Part shown: in pieces, positions 31,424 through 43,044 of the stretch
How positions within the stretch are numbered: position 1 is the first letter of the stretch
How the letters are laid out: every line of letters starts with the position of its first letter
Assembly (NCBI GenBank): GCA_946965045.2
Contig: OX337228.1
Coordinates: 4,650,001-4,714,000 of the forward strand
Reading direction: 5' to 3'
Length of the DNA: 64,000 nt
Source: Epithemia pelagica
Taxonomy: Eukaryota; Protista; Bacillariophyta
Notes under the pieces: generated by a model
What the model was told of the DNA's origin: nothing
Database searches by the model: none
What the model saw: the letters and a program-made list of their open reading frames with translations, nothing else
Made by a program: the position numbers and the translations under genes

Positions 31424-32182
31424 TTAGTGAGATAGATCAGCATGCTCGTCTTGTATCCTACTGCTGCTACCTTCTTCATCATGAAAAGAAGATGAATGCC
31501 ACGATAAACTGCTTTCCTCTGCCGTGACAGAAGTACAATCGTCGGAGCCGCACATGAGCTTGTTCGGAGGTCGCATACACGCGCTCAGAAACGCGTCCAG
31601 CGTATCTGCCCTCACGTTCCGTGCATGGGTACCAGGTAGCACGGGGACTCTCTCTTTCTTTTGAAGCAAAAGGGCAGATTGAGTTCGACGAAAGAAGCGA
31701 GGTCTGGGATGTCGCCATATTTCGTCTCTTAGGTCAATCTGTGGATGTGACATTTCCTCGTCGTCCAGCTCTTCCTCGTGTTTTTGATCTAGATCAGAGT
31801 CGAGATGAAAGGATACTGCGGAACTGCTTTTCGACAATGCTTTTGTTTCTTGGGGGAAGTTTTCCTTTAGCTCATTTTTGCTTGGATATGGATGAGAAGA
31901 GGAGAGAATCTTCCTGTCTGGATCCACGATGTGGCGCATTTGTTCCAATAGCCCCAGATTATTCACCGAGGTTAAGGATCCCCGTGAATCGTTGGCAACG
32001 GGGGAAGTGGATGCACATGCCGATACAGTACTTTGTTCGTTATTGGATGTCACATGTCTGCGACCAGGTTTCATCTCTGTAGCAAACACTTCTTCCTCCT
32101 CCTCTTCTCGCAGCATCTTTCTGATTCCCTCCTCGTTATTTCCACCGCAACGGCACCATTGCCATTGCCATAGACATCTCAT
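31424..32182 (-). CDS. Hypothetical Ser/Glu-rich protein
   Basis: 252-aa ORF, no recognisable domain. Confidence 0.55.
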   Translation of the reverse strand: MRCLWQWQWCRCGGNNEEGIRKMLREEEEEEVFATEMKPGRRHVTSNNEQSTVSACASTSPVANDSRGSLTSVNNLGLLEQMRHIVDPDRKILSSSHPYPSKNELKENFPQETKALSKSSSAVSFHLDSDLDQKHEEELDDEEMSHPQIDLRDEIWRHPRPRFFRRTQSALLLQKKERVPVLPGTHARNVRADTLDAFLSACMRPPNKLMCGSDDCTSVTAEESSLSWHSSSFHDEEGSSSRIQDEHADLSH

Positions 32183-32479
32183 TGTTTAAAGTCGACCTGC
32201 TGCACTGAACCTTTTTGAGATTTGAGAAGTGAGAAGGCAAATTTTTCCCAAGAGGTGGGGCTCTATCTCAAGGAGCTACAATAAATAATATAATGGGTTG
32301 GTTTTTTTCCCTCGCGAACAAAATTCTGCTCTAGGAGTAGGACAATGTGACGTTGTCCCCTAGCTAGAGGTATCTCTAGCCTATTTGAACCGAGAACAAG
32401 GCGTTCAAGATAAGGATGCAATCAGAATATATTTTGTCACGCAAAGAGTATCTCCAGCATTATGGAAAGTATGCCATTC

Positions 32480-34305
32480 TCAAGTCAATTGAGCGTAGCT
32501 CGTTTCAGCTTTGGCTTGATTGTTGTTCGGGTCTTCGTCACCTTCATGAATGGTAGAAATTTGTCGCTGATTGTAGTTCGGGTTGACTATGGCTGGAAGT
32601 GTCTCGGGCATAACAATGAGGTAGAGGACTGCAGGGATCATCGACAAGAACATAAGAATGAAGTAGGCTTCCTGGTACCCCAAATCCTCGGCTAGTGCTT
32701 CCCCCAAATATCCCGACACAGTGCCACCAATCGACATGGCTGCAGTCGTTAGACCAAGGGTCATGCTGAATCGCCCAGTTCCACCAGAAATATCAGACGT
32801 CACAAGAATGTACATGGTTCCAAAAACACCTGCTCCTACACCATCCAAAATCTGAGTGGACAGTATAACACAATTCAAACCAAAGCTCGCGGATTCACCA
32901 CGGATCATTAGCAGTAACGTCAACAAAAGGCATCGGACTGGGACAGAAAACAAACCGATCAAAAACAATCCTTTACGTCCATAAATACCAGAATAGGTAC
33001 CACAGACCTTGGCTGACACGACCATGAAAACTTGCGCCACAATAATGCAGAGACCCGACAACAAGATACCTTCACGCCCTGATCCAATTGCCAAAGTTTG
33101 CATCACAAGGGGCAAAACCGTTCCTGAAAGAAGAATAGCAAACAAAGATAAGAAGTCCGATAGTCGTCGACGGGAAAAACGAAGATGTGGGCGCATCCAT
33201 GCACAGAAAGAGCATTTTCTTTTCGAAACATACCATTGGCCATATGGAACAAAAAGACAATCAGAAGGAAGGTTAAGAGAGTGGGATCCCGGAGAACTCG
33301 CAAAGGAGAATCTGCCTGTAATTCGGGGGACGAAGCCGATCCTCCATTTTTCCTACTGCCTGGAGACGAAATCATTTCCCATCCAAAGTTGAAACTAGGT
33401 TGCGTATTGATAGGGTCTTTCTTGTTTTCGACTTTGTTCACAGCCACGTCACCGTTTTCTTCGTTTGGAGACGTTGGTGGTGAATACGGTTGTTCTGCCC
33501 CCGTTGATTCTTCTTTAACCAATCCTCGAGCTTCGTTGTGATCGATATCCCCCGGATTGATGCGAAACAAGAAGATCAAGAAGAGGACACAAGCAATGGG
33601 ACTAACAATAAACAATCCTCCGAGATGGGGATACAGCAGAACACCAAGCAGGCTTCCAACCAAAACAATAATGGCAGTACCCAAATGATTCATCATCTCA
33701 TTTATTGCCACCTGTTGGGTCATACCAGCAGCCCCAACAATTCCCTGAGTGATGCTGTTCAAACCTGGAGGAATGAATGATGTTACGGCTCCTTGCAAAA
33801 ACTTGATGACAATCATTAGGCGCAAGTTGGTTCCCCCATCTTGAGCAAACAAGGCCGTTATGACGGTGAACAAGGTGGTGGCGACACCGGCTGTGGCCAA
33901 CCATGCAATTTTGGAATCACTGTAGTCATAGAGATAACCAGCTGGTGTCTGGAATAGAAACTGGCTCATCCCAAAGACTGAGGATGGTGTGAGATGTGGT
34001 AAATCCATTCATCATTGAGCAGATTGGCAAAACTGACGTGACTGAATTTTGGGGTGAAGATCATGTTGTTAAAGAAAAGAGCTACGTACCGAAAAAAAGA
34101 ACTCCAGCTTGTTTTTCGGAATAGTTCTGAAAGCCAACATGTGTCAGACATAACAAAGAGTTGAAAGGAGAAACAACAGCAGGGACGGGCAACATACCTT
34201 GGAAACAATGAGAAAAGCCGACTGCATGTTAATCATAGTCAGCCCATCGCGCAGTTCTCCTAAAAAGAGAGAAGCCCAGCGAAGGAGTCCTCTGAAAGTC
34301 GTCAT
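32480..34305 (-). CDS. MFS transporter, about 3 introns
   Basis: Multiple TM segments. Exons read MTTFRGLLRWASLFLGELRDGL...IVSK / NYSEKQAGVLFF / FGMSQFLFQTPAG...FHMAN / GTVLPLVMQ...QILDGVGAG...GRFS, with GT...CAG introns between them. Confidence 0.85.
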
Positions 34306-35296
34306 TTGTTCATTGAAAGGACATAGCATGCAGTGCAACGGCCAGCAACAAGACGCAACATCATGTGAGAAAGTATACTAGACGGACAGGGGAGCATTGC
34401 AAGTTAATTCACGAGGTTGATCCATTACCTGGCTTCTCGCTTAGCCACATTTTCCTGAGTAGGAAAGAATTCATCAAACCAGCCCATCGTTTCCTACCCC
34501 AGTAAGGCAACTGCTTTCACAACCGCACTACTAATGCCAATAGGAATAGGAGACGGCAAACAGCGTTTGTATGTTGCTATCTTTCAACACTTTGCGAAAT
34601 GCGACGCATAGAAATAACGTGAAGGCTGTATCGACTTTGTTCGCTAATATTTATCCGACTCTTGCACGTGTTTGTTCTTTCGTACTTCTAAATAGTGGTA
34701 ACTGGGAGGATCTGGCTTGGACTAATTGACGCGGTATGCCGACGCGCGCTCCAACGTCTTGCCGAGATATTGTATCATTTTACTTAACGGATGAGTGAGC
34801 CGTTGAAACGGTCGACTACGAAAATAGAGCCCTGCCCACCTACAACCTACACCTACAATCACATCATCTGTACAATACAATACACTCCGCCAATCTTCAC
34901 CTACACAACCTACTGACTCCCTGTCATCCTGGCGGACACGCACGCCGAAATCTCGACTAGGTAGGTAGTCCTACCTCTACCTAGAGGTAGGTACCTACTC
35001 CTATTCCCTAAGGAGTACTAAACCATCGAATCAACAGGCTTTGTACAATTATGATGTGCATGTAACTCCACCTTTGTCAACACATGAGTCCTTTTCCAGC
35101 TAGGTAGCGTGGGTTTCCTTGGCAAGACCAGGTCAACAGCAGCAAGAACCACTGCATCGTGTTGTGGCGCTCGACATGGTCACGGACCCGGACTGCTCAC
35201 CGCAAGCGGAAGTATCGCCAACCACGAGAGACTCAAAATACGAACTGGAGGTTCTTCTTCCTCCGGTCGTTCTCGGCGTTCATAAGGTGTATTTCT

Positions 35297-36333
35297 TTAG
35301 CGTCGTGCTACAAGAGCGCAAAAGAAAATGTTCCAAAAGATGGAAACCACACTAGTGTGCAAAACCCTCAGCTGCTGCGGCACAAATCGGAACGAGATAA
35401 GTTGACTCAGGGGCCAAAGCAAATACTGCGCCTTGATGGCGGCCAAAATATTACCAATGCCATTGGCTGTGATGGATTCAAAATTCGGAGCTAATCGTCA
35501 CAACGATACACAGTGCAATGAACAACGGGTTGGTGCATCATCCTCTCATACATTGTTCAGCAGAAGGGTGGCAGCTTACCTTTGCCATACGCAATAGCGG
35601 AACAAAGTTCGTATGCATAAAAGTACATGGGATAATACATGAAAACACCAATGGATTGGTCCAAGGCAAGTTCGGCTCCAATGCGTTGACTGTTTGTCAG
35701 TCGTCTGGACAGTTGTAACCGTTCTCCAAAGCGAGCTGCAGTACCGTACCATACATGAAGGAAAGGCGCATTGAACAAGAATCCAGTCAACATAAAACTG
35801 ATTGTACGAGGGACATCGTAAACAAATGATTTCCCCACAACAGACGCAGACGAGGAGGAGAGGGCAGACAAAAGCTGAGACAAGACATCCCCCAAACCTT
35901 GTACAATCGCTGCAGAAATAGACTTGGTGATTTTGGGTTTTTCGTTCAAAAGTCTCATGTAAGTGACGAGCAAAGAGCTCAAGAGACGGCGAATCGATGG
36001 AACATGTAATCTGGGTACTTTTCTCTCATTCCAAACACCTCCGTAATCTGCCGTCGCCGTTACTGTCGACGAACGAGTAAGTAACTCTGTGGCGTTGCTT
36101 GTGGGAACATAGTACGCGGGCTTTTGAGTGGACACGGCCTCCGCCTGTTGTAGAGGAGACAAAATAAACAAGAGTTGGGTGCCACCACCCCTAATACGGC
36201 CACATGGTGGTGCTGGTGCATGAGAAGATGGACATGGATATGCAGAAGAACTGCTTCCAGGAAGGCTGGCGAAAGCTTTGGCATTCGCCAGAAACAACAG
36301 AGCGAATACAGCGCAAAGACGGCAGAATCTCAT
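35297..36333 (-). CDS. Mpv17/PMP22-family membrane protein, intron 35491-35579, probable plastid presequence
   Basis: PKITKSISAAIVQGLGDVLSQ, RTISFMLTG, LALDQ and, in exon 2, LWPLSQLISFRFVPQQLRV. Signal peptide ends AKA-FAS (ASAFAP-like). Confidence 0.88.
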
Positions 36334-37083
36334 AGAACAACCATTGGTGAAACGATTCATGTTTCTTTAAGGTGTCAACGGGGATGCATGGCAAAGAAAT
36401 CGTTGAATGGTTGATCGAGTGTCGAATGTTTCATCAGCAATTGTGCACTTTACTTGCTCGTAATTGCATTGCAAAGATTCCTATTGATCGCCACATTGAC
36501 GAAGTTGATGAGATGTGGAATGAGATCGTTGGCAATGTTCCAACTCATTTCGTGCGACTGACATACCCCGAAAAAGTCCACGTCATGAATTCTGGGCATT
36601 TCTCTAGTAGTGTACTCGTACTCGTATTTCGTACTCGTACTCGTATGGTGTATGGTGCCCACAAAGATTATCCAGAATGAATGTCGGAACGACACGTCTA
36701 CGTTTAATACCTAAGTACCAGTGAAGAACAAGGCATCTGTCCCATCGCCCATGAAAAACCCGAAAGCTACTACTCCTACCTCTCGAGGCTCCGCTACTCT
36801 AGGGAAGTAGGAGTATTATGAGAAGGACTACCTAGGTAGTTAGCTTGTTGATAAATACTCCTAGTCAAGAAGAGAGGAGTAACAAGAAGTCAAGTGGTTT
36901 GGAATTGCCGCAATTCCCTCGATACTCAAATGATCATTGACTCTTGTGGCCTTAATAGCATAGCAAACCTCTGTGAAGGGACACTGCAAACCAACTGCGC
37001 TTGCAGCATTTGCCATTGAAATCCAAAAGCCGTCTCGATGACCTACTGAGGCGACAACTGCGCATGAGGACTGAGGGCGTTCA

Positions 37084-38395
37084 TCAAGAAAGGGAAATGT
37101 TTTGAGGTTCTTGGTCGCGTTGCTCTTTTCGTTCTTTTTGTATCATGTGCTGGAGATAAAATTCCCCAGCTTTGTAGGAACTGCGGACCAATGGTCCGCT
37201 TGCAACATATTTGAATCCAAGGTCTTGCCCAACCTTTTTGAAGTACTCAAATTTTTCCGGCGTGACATACTCCACCACACTTAGGTGTCGCTCCGTGGGA
37301 CGAAGGTATTGCCCGAACGTTACCACATCGACGTCAATATTTCGTAAGTCTTTCATTGTTTGGACGACTTCATCATCTGTTTCTCCCAATCCCAGCATAA
37401 GACTTGTTTTGGTGTACAACGATGGTGTGGTTTCTTTGGCATGTGCCAACGTGCACAGACTTTGTCGGTAATTTGCTCGAGTGTCTCGTACGAATGGTTG
37501 CAATCGTTCTACCGTTTCCATATTGTGCGCATATACATCCAAACCAGATCGTGCCAAGGTGGCTACCGAATTCTGTGCCCCCTGAAAATCCGATACCAAA
37601 CACTCGACTAGCAATTCTGGCTTCTTCATCTTGAGCAACTCGACCGTGTGGGCAAAATGTTGGGCCCCGCCATCGGGCAAGTCATCACGATCTACCGATG
37701 TCAGTACAATGTAGTCCACGCCCCATTTTACCACGGCCTCCGCTGTCTGAAAAGGTTCAAAGGGGTCGGGTGGAGGAGGCGTGCTGGCCGTATTGACAGC
37801 ACAAAACATGCAACCACGAGTACTGTTGAAAAGAGATAAACCGTGAGCATGAGCATACAATGCATGATCTAAATAGAAACGATTTAGCATTGAGAATTCA
37901 GGCGAAAGCCAGATGTTCTTTAATAACGTACCATGTATCACCAAGGAGCATGATGGTCCCCGTTCCTCCATTCCAACATTCCCCAATGTTGGGACACTGT
38001 GCTTCTTCACATACTGTATTCAAGTTGAGATTCTGCAAGGATTCTTTCACGACACTGTATCTCGAGTCCGGCCTCTGTGAAGGTCCCGGGACTTTGAACC
38101 AATCTGGTCTCCCCAACGGCATTTCAGCGCCCACCTTGGGTCGTCGTAGATCGTCATCATCGCCCCTTGTGCTTTGCATAGAACGAGGCATATCCACTCC
38201 TCCACCACCAGTTGAACCGTCACCACGACGCTCGATGTACGAAGCACCAGGAGCATTTTCTGGATTGTCCGTCATGGTTGTCATCTGTGCTGGACTAGAT
38301 GGTCGTTGTTTGTTGCCTCCAGAGGCAGCAATCCAACCCAAACTACCTTGAACCTGGGAGAGAACTCCTAATACGAAACACAGTCTTTTCACCAT
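37084..38395 (-). CDS. lipA: Lipoyl synthase (radical SAM), intron 37823-37931
   Basis: [15 protein letters not shown], spliced [10 protein letters not shown] (CX3CX2C), HNMETV, GQYLRP and PLVRSSY. N-terminal signal-like peptide suggests a plastid isoform (inference). Confidence 0.95.
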
Positions 38396-39077
38396 AGTTT
38401 CACTTCAGTTTTCCAAGGACAGGCAGGTATGACTACTGTTACATCGAATTTCCGAAGAAATGATCCATTCCATTCAGATCTTCGCCATCATCACCACTTG
38501 GTCCCCAATCAAGTGGGCGTCTGTTCTCGATCCAAGTGGTACGTCATCCGTCATCGTAAACTTTTCGGTCGACTTTGGATCACGTTAAAGTCGCGGTTTG
38601 GGGAATTGTCACACCATAAATAACTTCTTGTCTTGTCACTCCTCTAGACACCGACACGTGTCCGTTGGCCGCAAAAATACAGCCATCCAATGTCAACGGC
38701 TTCGTGCACCTTGGCGCACGTAGTGGACTTATTATTCGGTTAAGAAGAGCCTGCCTGCGACAAACAGCTGCCATTGTCATAAATATTTCCTATAGTTTAT
38801 GCTTGGCTGGCGGCTCTTTCGGCTCCTTTTTTCGCTCAACACCTGCATGCGCTCTCAAATAACCCACCAAAAAATTCCCATCCTCTGTTCTCTGGTTCAC
38901 TCGAGCAGACGACGCACCCTTGTTGGATCTCTGGATCGATCTCAAACATCCGTTGCAAAGTCTGGAAACCCAATTCACTGTGGGGAGGGTATTATTTACA
39001 ATAAGCCATACTGTGTTGAGTTGTCGTTGCAGACCGTTTGTCAACTAGAACGAGATTTGCTCGTTGAATAACCAACA

Positions 39078-40204
39078 ATGAGCACCGGCACAAGATTTCT
39101 GACTATTCTAACTCTGGCATGGACCACTTTTTTGTCTTTGGCCGAGTTGACACCAGATAGAAGTACCACCACTGTCGTGAATTCGTCGCCTGTTGAGCGA
39201 TCGCTTTCGAACTATGGTTACATGCATTTCGACCGATGCTTCCGAACGAAAATTGTGGAGAATAACGATGATGACGGCAATTCGTACTTCTACAATGGAG
39301 CTTACCGGTCTCAAAGCACGTTATACCTTGCGTACCGGCTTTGCAGTGATTGTGGCTGTTCCGATGGAGCAACATCCTTTGTGATGGAGGCAGGGCAAGT
39401 ATTACAGGAACAAATTGAATATGCAAGTGATTATTGCAACGCATGCTCCAACCAATGTCGAAGGCGGCGATTGGAAGATCAGCAGGAAGATGAAAATCAG
39501 AATGGAAACAATGGTGCAAATTACTACGCCGACTGCGATACATGTGTGGACCAATGCAGTCCATTGCTTAACAATTACTATGAAGGCTACGACGAAACTG
39601 AGTACCTGGATTGCCAGGAAGCTTACGCCGACGAGGATGGTGTTCAATACTATTCGGGTCCAGCCTGTGATTCGGAAGGACTGCTGACGATTGGACTTTA
39701 TTATGATGGTACGTTGATGTTAAGACAAGAAATCTTGAGAGCCTTTCCTTCGGAAACTAATCAACTGTAACGGATCTAGACGAATGCACTGTGAAGAAGG
39801 ACTCCGGTTCCGACGATTCTGGAGGCTATGGTGGGAAGTTTTCCAGAAACACGTTCCTTTCACTGGAGGATATGTGCATCTCCTGTGACAGTGGTATGTG
39901 TGACAACATGGAGCAAGGCTTTGAGTGTGTGGAAGGCTACAACGCAAACGCAAATGTGGAAGATGATATGAAAGTGTGCAAGACCTACAAGAAGGTGACC
40001 AAAGAATGGACCTATGCTTCGCCTAAACGCAATTATCATATTGCTCTTTTGGTCTTTGCGTTGTTTTTGGTGGTGCTGTTTTGTGCTGGCGCCTACACAT
40101 ACTTTGTCCGACACAAGAGAGCTGCCGCGGAAAAAGAACTTCACGAGACCTCGGCCATGGCCGACGAAACGCCCACAAAAGCTGAGTACGCTGAACTCAC
40201 CTAG
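39078..40204 (+). CDS. Silicanin-like type I membrane protein, intron 39709-39779
   Basis: Signal peptide, RSL and RRL (RXL) sites, N/Q/D-rich segment, many Cys (YRLC, CNAC, CDTC, YSGPAC...GLYYDDEC, CISC), C-terminal TM, short cytosolic tail. Family recognised from memory. Confidence 0.7.
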
Positions 40205-40521
40205 ATGGAGCACCCAGTCACGGCGAACAATGCCGATCCATTTGAATACTAATTCTATTGCACTCTTCTCTGTTAACAACTGAATCGCTGATCTTTCTAC
40301 TATCAATGTGATCATATTATACAATTATAACCAGCAGATACAGACTATCTCCTAGGGAACTTAACTATCCTGAAACAGTAGTATCGTGCTAGATTTTCGA
40401 TAAAGGTACTGGAGAAAAAGGATATGTAAAAGGCGGAATTTATACGTAGACTTAATCGTTTAGTTGAGAGGCTTGGAACAACAGTCGGATGCTTTAGAAC
40501 TTAGGAGAGACTTGCTGTGTT

Positions 40522-41019
40522 TTACGACGCGGCAGCAACCGGATCGGGTTGCGACGAGTTAGCAGGTGGAGCATCTTCGCTTGTTTTCTTTTCGTCATCT
40601 TTGGCGGTTCCCATGAGACCGGCCACATCCTTGTGCATACTAGAGAATGCATCGGCAGCATCGTCACTAACAATCTTATCTCCACGCATAAAGTCTCGGA
40701 CCGCATAGGAGGCTTCTTGGAACCAATTGCCAACCTGCTTCATACCCGAGTCCACGTTCTCGGGAGGATCTCCAACCACTGAATGTACTGAAGCCCCAAC
40801 CGACATAAGTGTATCATGGACCGTTTCGTGGTATCCACAATGGCTGGGACCACCTTCATCCCATTCGGGAGACGGTTCCACATCTTCATGGTCTTCATCA
40901 TCGTGATGATCTCCGGATGTATCGTGGTTCTCCATGGGTTTCATCACACCCACAGCGCCCGTGTTGGTCGTTGCCTCTGTGCTGCTGGCCGCAGCGGGCT
41001 TCGATTCTTCCGTCGACAT
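40522..41019 (-). CDS. Small acidic hypothetical protein
   Basis: Likely start MSTEESK at 41019. D/E-rich, no domain recognised. Confidence 0.6.
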   Translation of the reverse strand: MSTEESKPAAASSTEATTNTGAVGVMKPMENHDTSGDHHDDEDHEDVEPSPEWDEGGPSHCGYHETVHDTLMSVGASVHSVVGDPPENVDSGMKQVGNWFQEASYAVRDFMRGDKIVSDDAADAFSSMHKDVAGLMGTAKDDEKKTSEDAPPANSSQPDPVAAAS

Positions 41020-41625
41020 GGTGGGAAAACCTTGCCAAATACTTGATATCGAAACAGGGCCTCTCACGAAATGTCGGAGCGCTTTGTAGCTTTTCAGAAA
41101 AAGGAAATCAAATATCCGCTCTGCCACCGAGAAAGTTCCCTGAAATGGAAAAAGATGAAGGGAGTGCTTGCGCATCCACGGTTTAATTAAAATGATATCA
41201 ATTATTGTTATCTAGCACACCCATCGCCAATCTAACGGATGGATGTCTTAAATTTCCATGTCAGGAAGTCTTACAAGTTACAAGCAATTATCAAATCAGG
41301 ATTTGTCCTGGCTTGCTTGGATGCAGAAATTCGACAGATGCCACCAATCTGTTCTGCGACTGAGAATCAAAAATGGACTGTGGGTTGTGGGGACTGGAAA
41401 TTGGGGGGGGGGATGATGGGGGACTGCTTCAAACACCGAGGAGAGACCCAATCGCGTCGCCACTTCACGACAAGGCAAACAAACGCGACGGAGGAAAAAG
41501 CAACCACTGAGCTGTCGAATGTTAAGAGAAAGCTCTGATAGACTCGGACAACCCTTCATCCTGTCAATTTCCAATTCATGTGTGTGTGTCAAACGGAGGC
41601 TGAGGGACAAAGCTCAATTCCGCCT

Positions 41626-43044
41626 TTATTCGGGCGATCTACTTCTCGACCTGGACCTCGACCGTCGATTCTCGTCTCGTCGAGTTGACTGTTCACGTCT
41701 TCGTGATCTTTGATGTGAACGCACTCGTTGGCGTTCGTCGTAGATATGCTCTGTGTTAGCCTTGTGCTCGTCAGTATCTTGATTCGCTTCGCCATCCGTG
41801 TCATCGGATCCTTGGATGGCATCGGGATGAACACCACCCTGGTGATATCGACGCAAGGCAACGTTAATGTACCTTCCTTGATACTGACGTGATCCTCTGC
41901 CAATATAAATCGTTCCTCCAGGACTGAGACGACCAGAGAAGGACGATGCAGCTGGTTCTCCAATGGCAGCAGCATCACCAATATCGTCAACCAACACTCC
42001 TCCTCGACTGGTGTGGCTGTCATCGGAGCTCGCATGGGTCTGTTCATCATAGCTGAATGTGGCGTTGCCGGTAGAATTAACCTCCACATCCAATGAGCTC
42101 TCCTCATCCATTTTTGATTCGCGAGACTGTTGTTGCTGTTGTTCCGACTGCGATTCGTGTGCAGCATTCGACAGACCTGGCGACGTTGAAGCGGTCAGAG
42201 GACGTCTTCTGGTGGTAGTAGCCGTAGATAAAGCGGTGGAGACCGCTTCTCCGGGGGGCTGCGCCTGTGGTTTTTTGTCTTCACTGGCAGTGCTAGATTC
42301 CTCTGGAGATCCACCACTCCTTGTAGCCGTAGCCGCTGCCTCTAGCTGACTTACGGGTGGTGCCATTGTGAGCAGTGTCGTGATTGCTTCGCCGCCTGAC
42401 GGTTCGGGAGCCGCGGCAGGAGCAGCAGAGGAAGAAGAGCCAGGACAATCCAAGTTATCGGATTCCTGATCCGTTGTTGTTTTGGATGTTGCTGGAGCTG
42501 CTGCCACTGTGAATGCTGGTACCGAGTTGACGGCCCGTGAGAGTGCTGCTGCTACTGTTCCCGCCCCTGCTGTCGTACGGATAGCACTGCTGTCACGGGA
42601 ACGGATGCTTTCCACTTCGAAATCTTCCATTTCGCTTCCAGAGTTCACCGTGGCAGTATCACTTCGTACTGCTTCTGAGCGATCGGACAAGGGCGCATGA
42701 AAACGAGGAGATGAAAGGCTAGCCCCCGTAGACGTAGAGGATGCGGTTGTTGATCGTTGACGGCTGTCGTGCACATTCGGTCCATCTCGTCGGGACCATA
42801 CACCGCGATGTTCTAATGGAGATTGCTGTTGCTGCTGGGATCGTTGTCCTCCATTGTTGTGTTGCTGGTGGTGATGATGACTGTGAGGAGGCCTTGTTCG
42901 GCGGTGTCGGTGCGCTTGCCCATGATGGTGGTGGTTATCATGGCGACGATTCACATTTTGTCCATGGCGACCAGGAGAGGACGATGAGGAATCGCCCTCA
43001 GATGTTCGATTTGGATTGAAGTCTCGATTGCTCCGATCTGCCAT
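41626..43044 (-). CDS. Disordered hypothetical protein with RS-like C-terminus
   Basis: About 470-aa ORF rich in S/T/A/H/Q, ending RRSRSRSRSRSPE. Confidence 0.6.
   Translation of the reverse strand: MADRSNRDFNPNRTSEGDSSSSSPGRHGQNVNRRHDNHHHHGQAHRHRRTRPPHSHHHHQQHNNGGQRSQQQQQSPLEHRGVWSRRDGPNVHDSRQRSTTASSTSTGASLSSPRFHAPLSDRSEAVRSDTATVNSGSEMEDFEVESIRSRDSSAIRTTAGAGTVAAALSRAVNSVPAFTVAAAPATSKTTTDQESDNLDCPGSSSSAAPAAAPEPSGGEAITTLLTMAPPVSQLEAAATATRSGGSPEESSTASEDKKPQAQPPGEAVSTALSTATTTRRRPLTASTSPGLSNAAHESQSEQQQQQSRESKMDEESSLDVEVNSTGNATFSYDEQTHASSDDSHTSRGGVLVDDIGDAAAIGEPAASSFSGRLSPGGTIYIGRGSRQYQGRYINVALRRYHQGGVHPDAIQGSDDTDGEANQDTDEHKANTEHIYDERQRVRSHQRSRRREQSTRRDENRRSRSRSRSRSPE

Noticed and set aside
35395-35430. 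Apparent frameshift in Mpv17 exon 2
   Set aside because: Recounting the G-run shows the frame is intact (WPLSQLISF).
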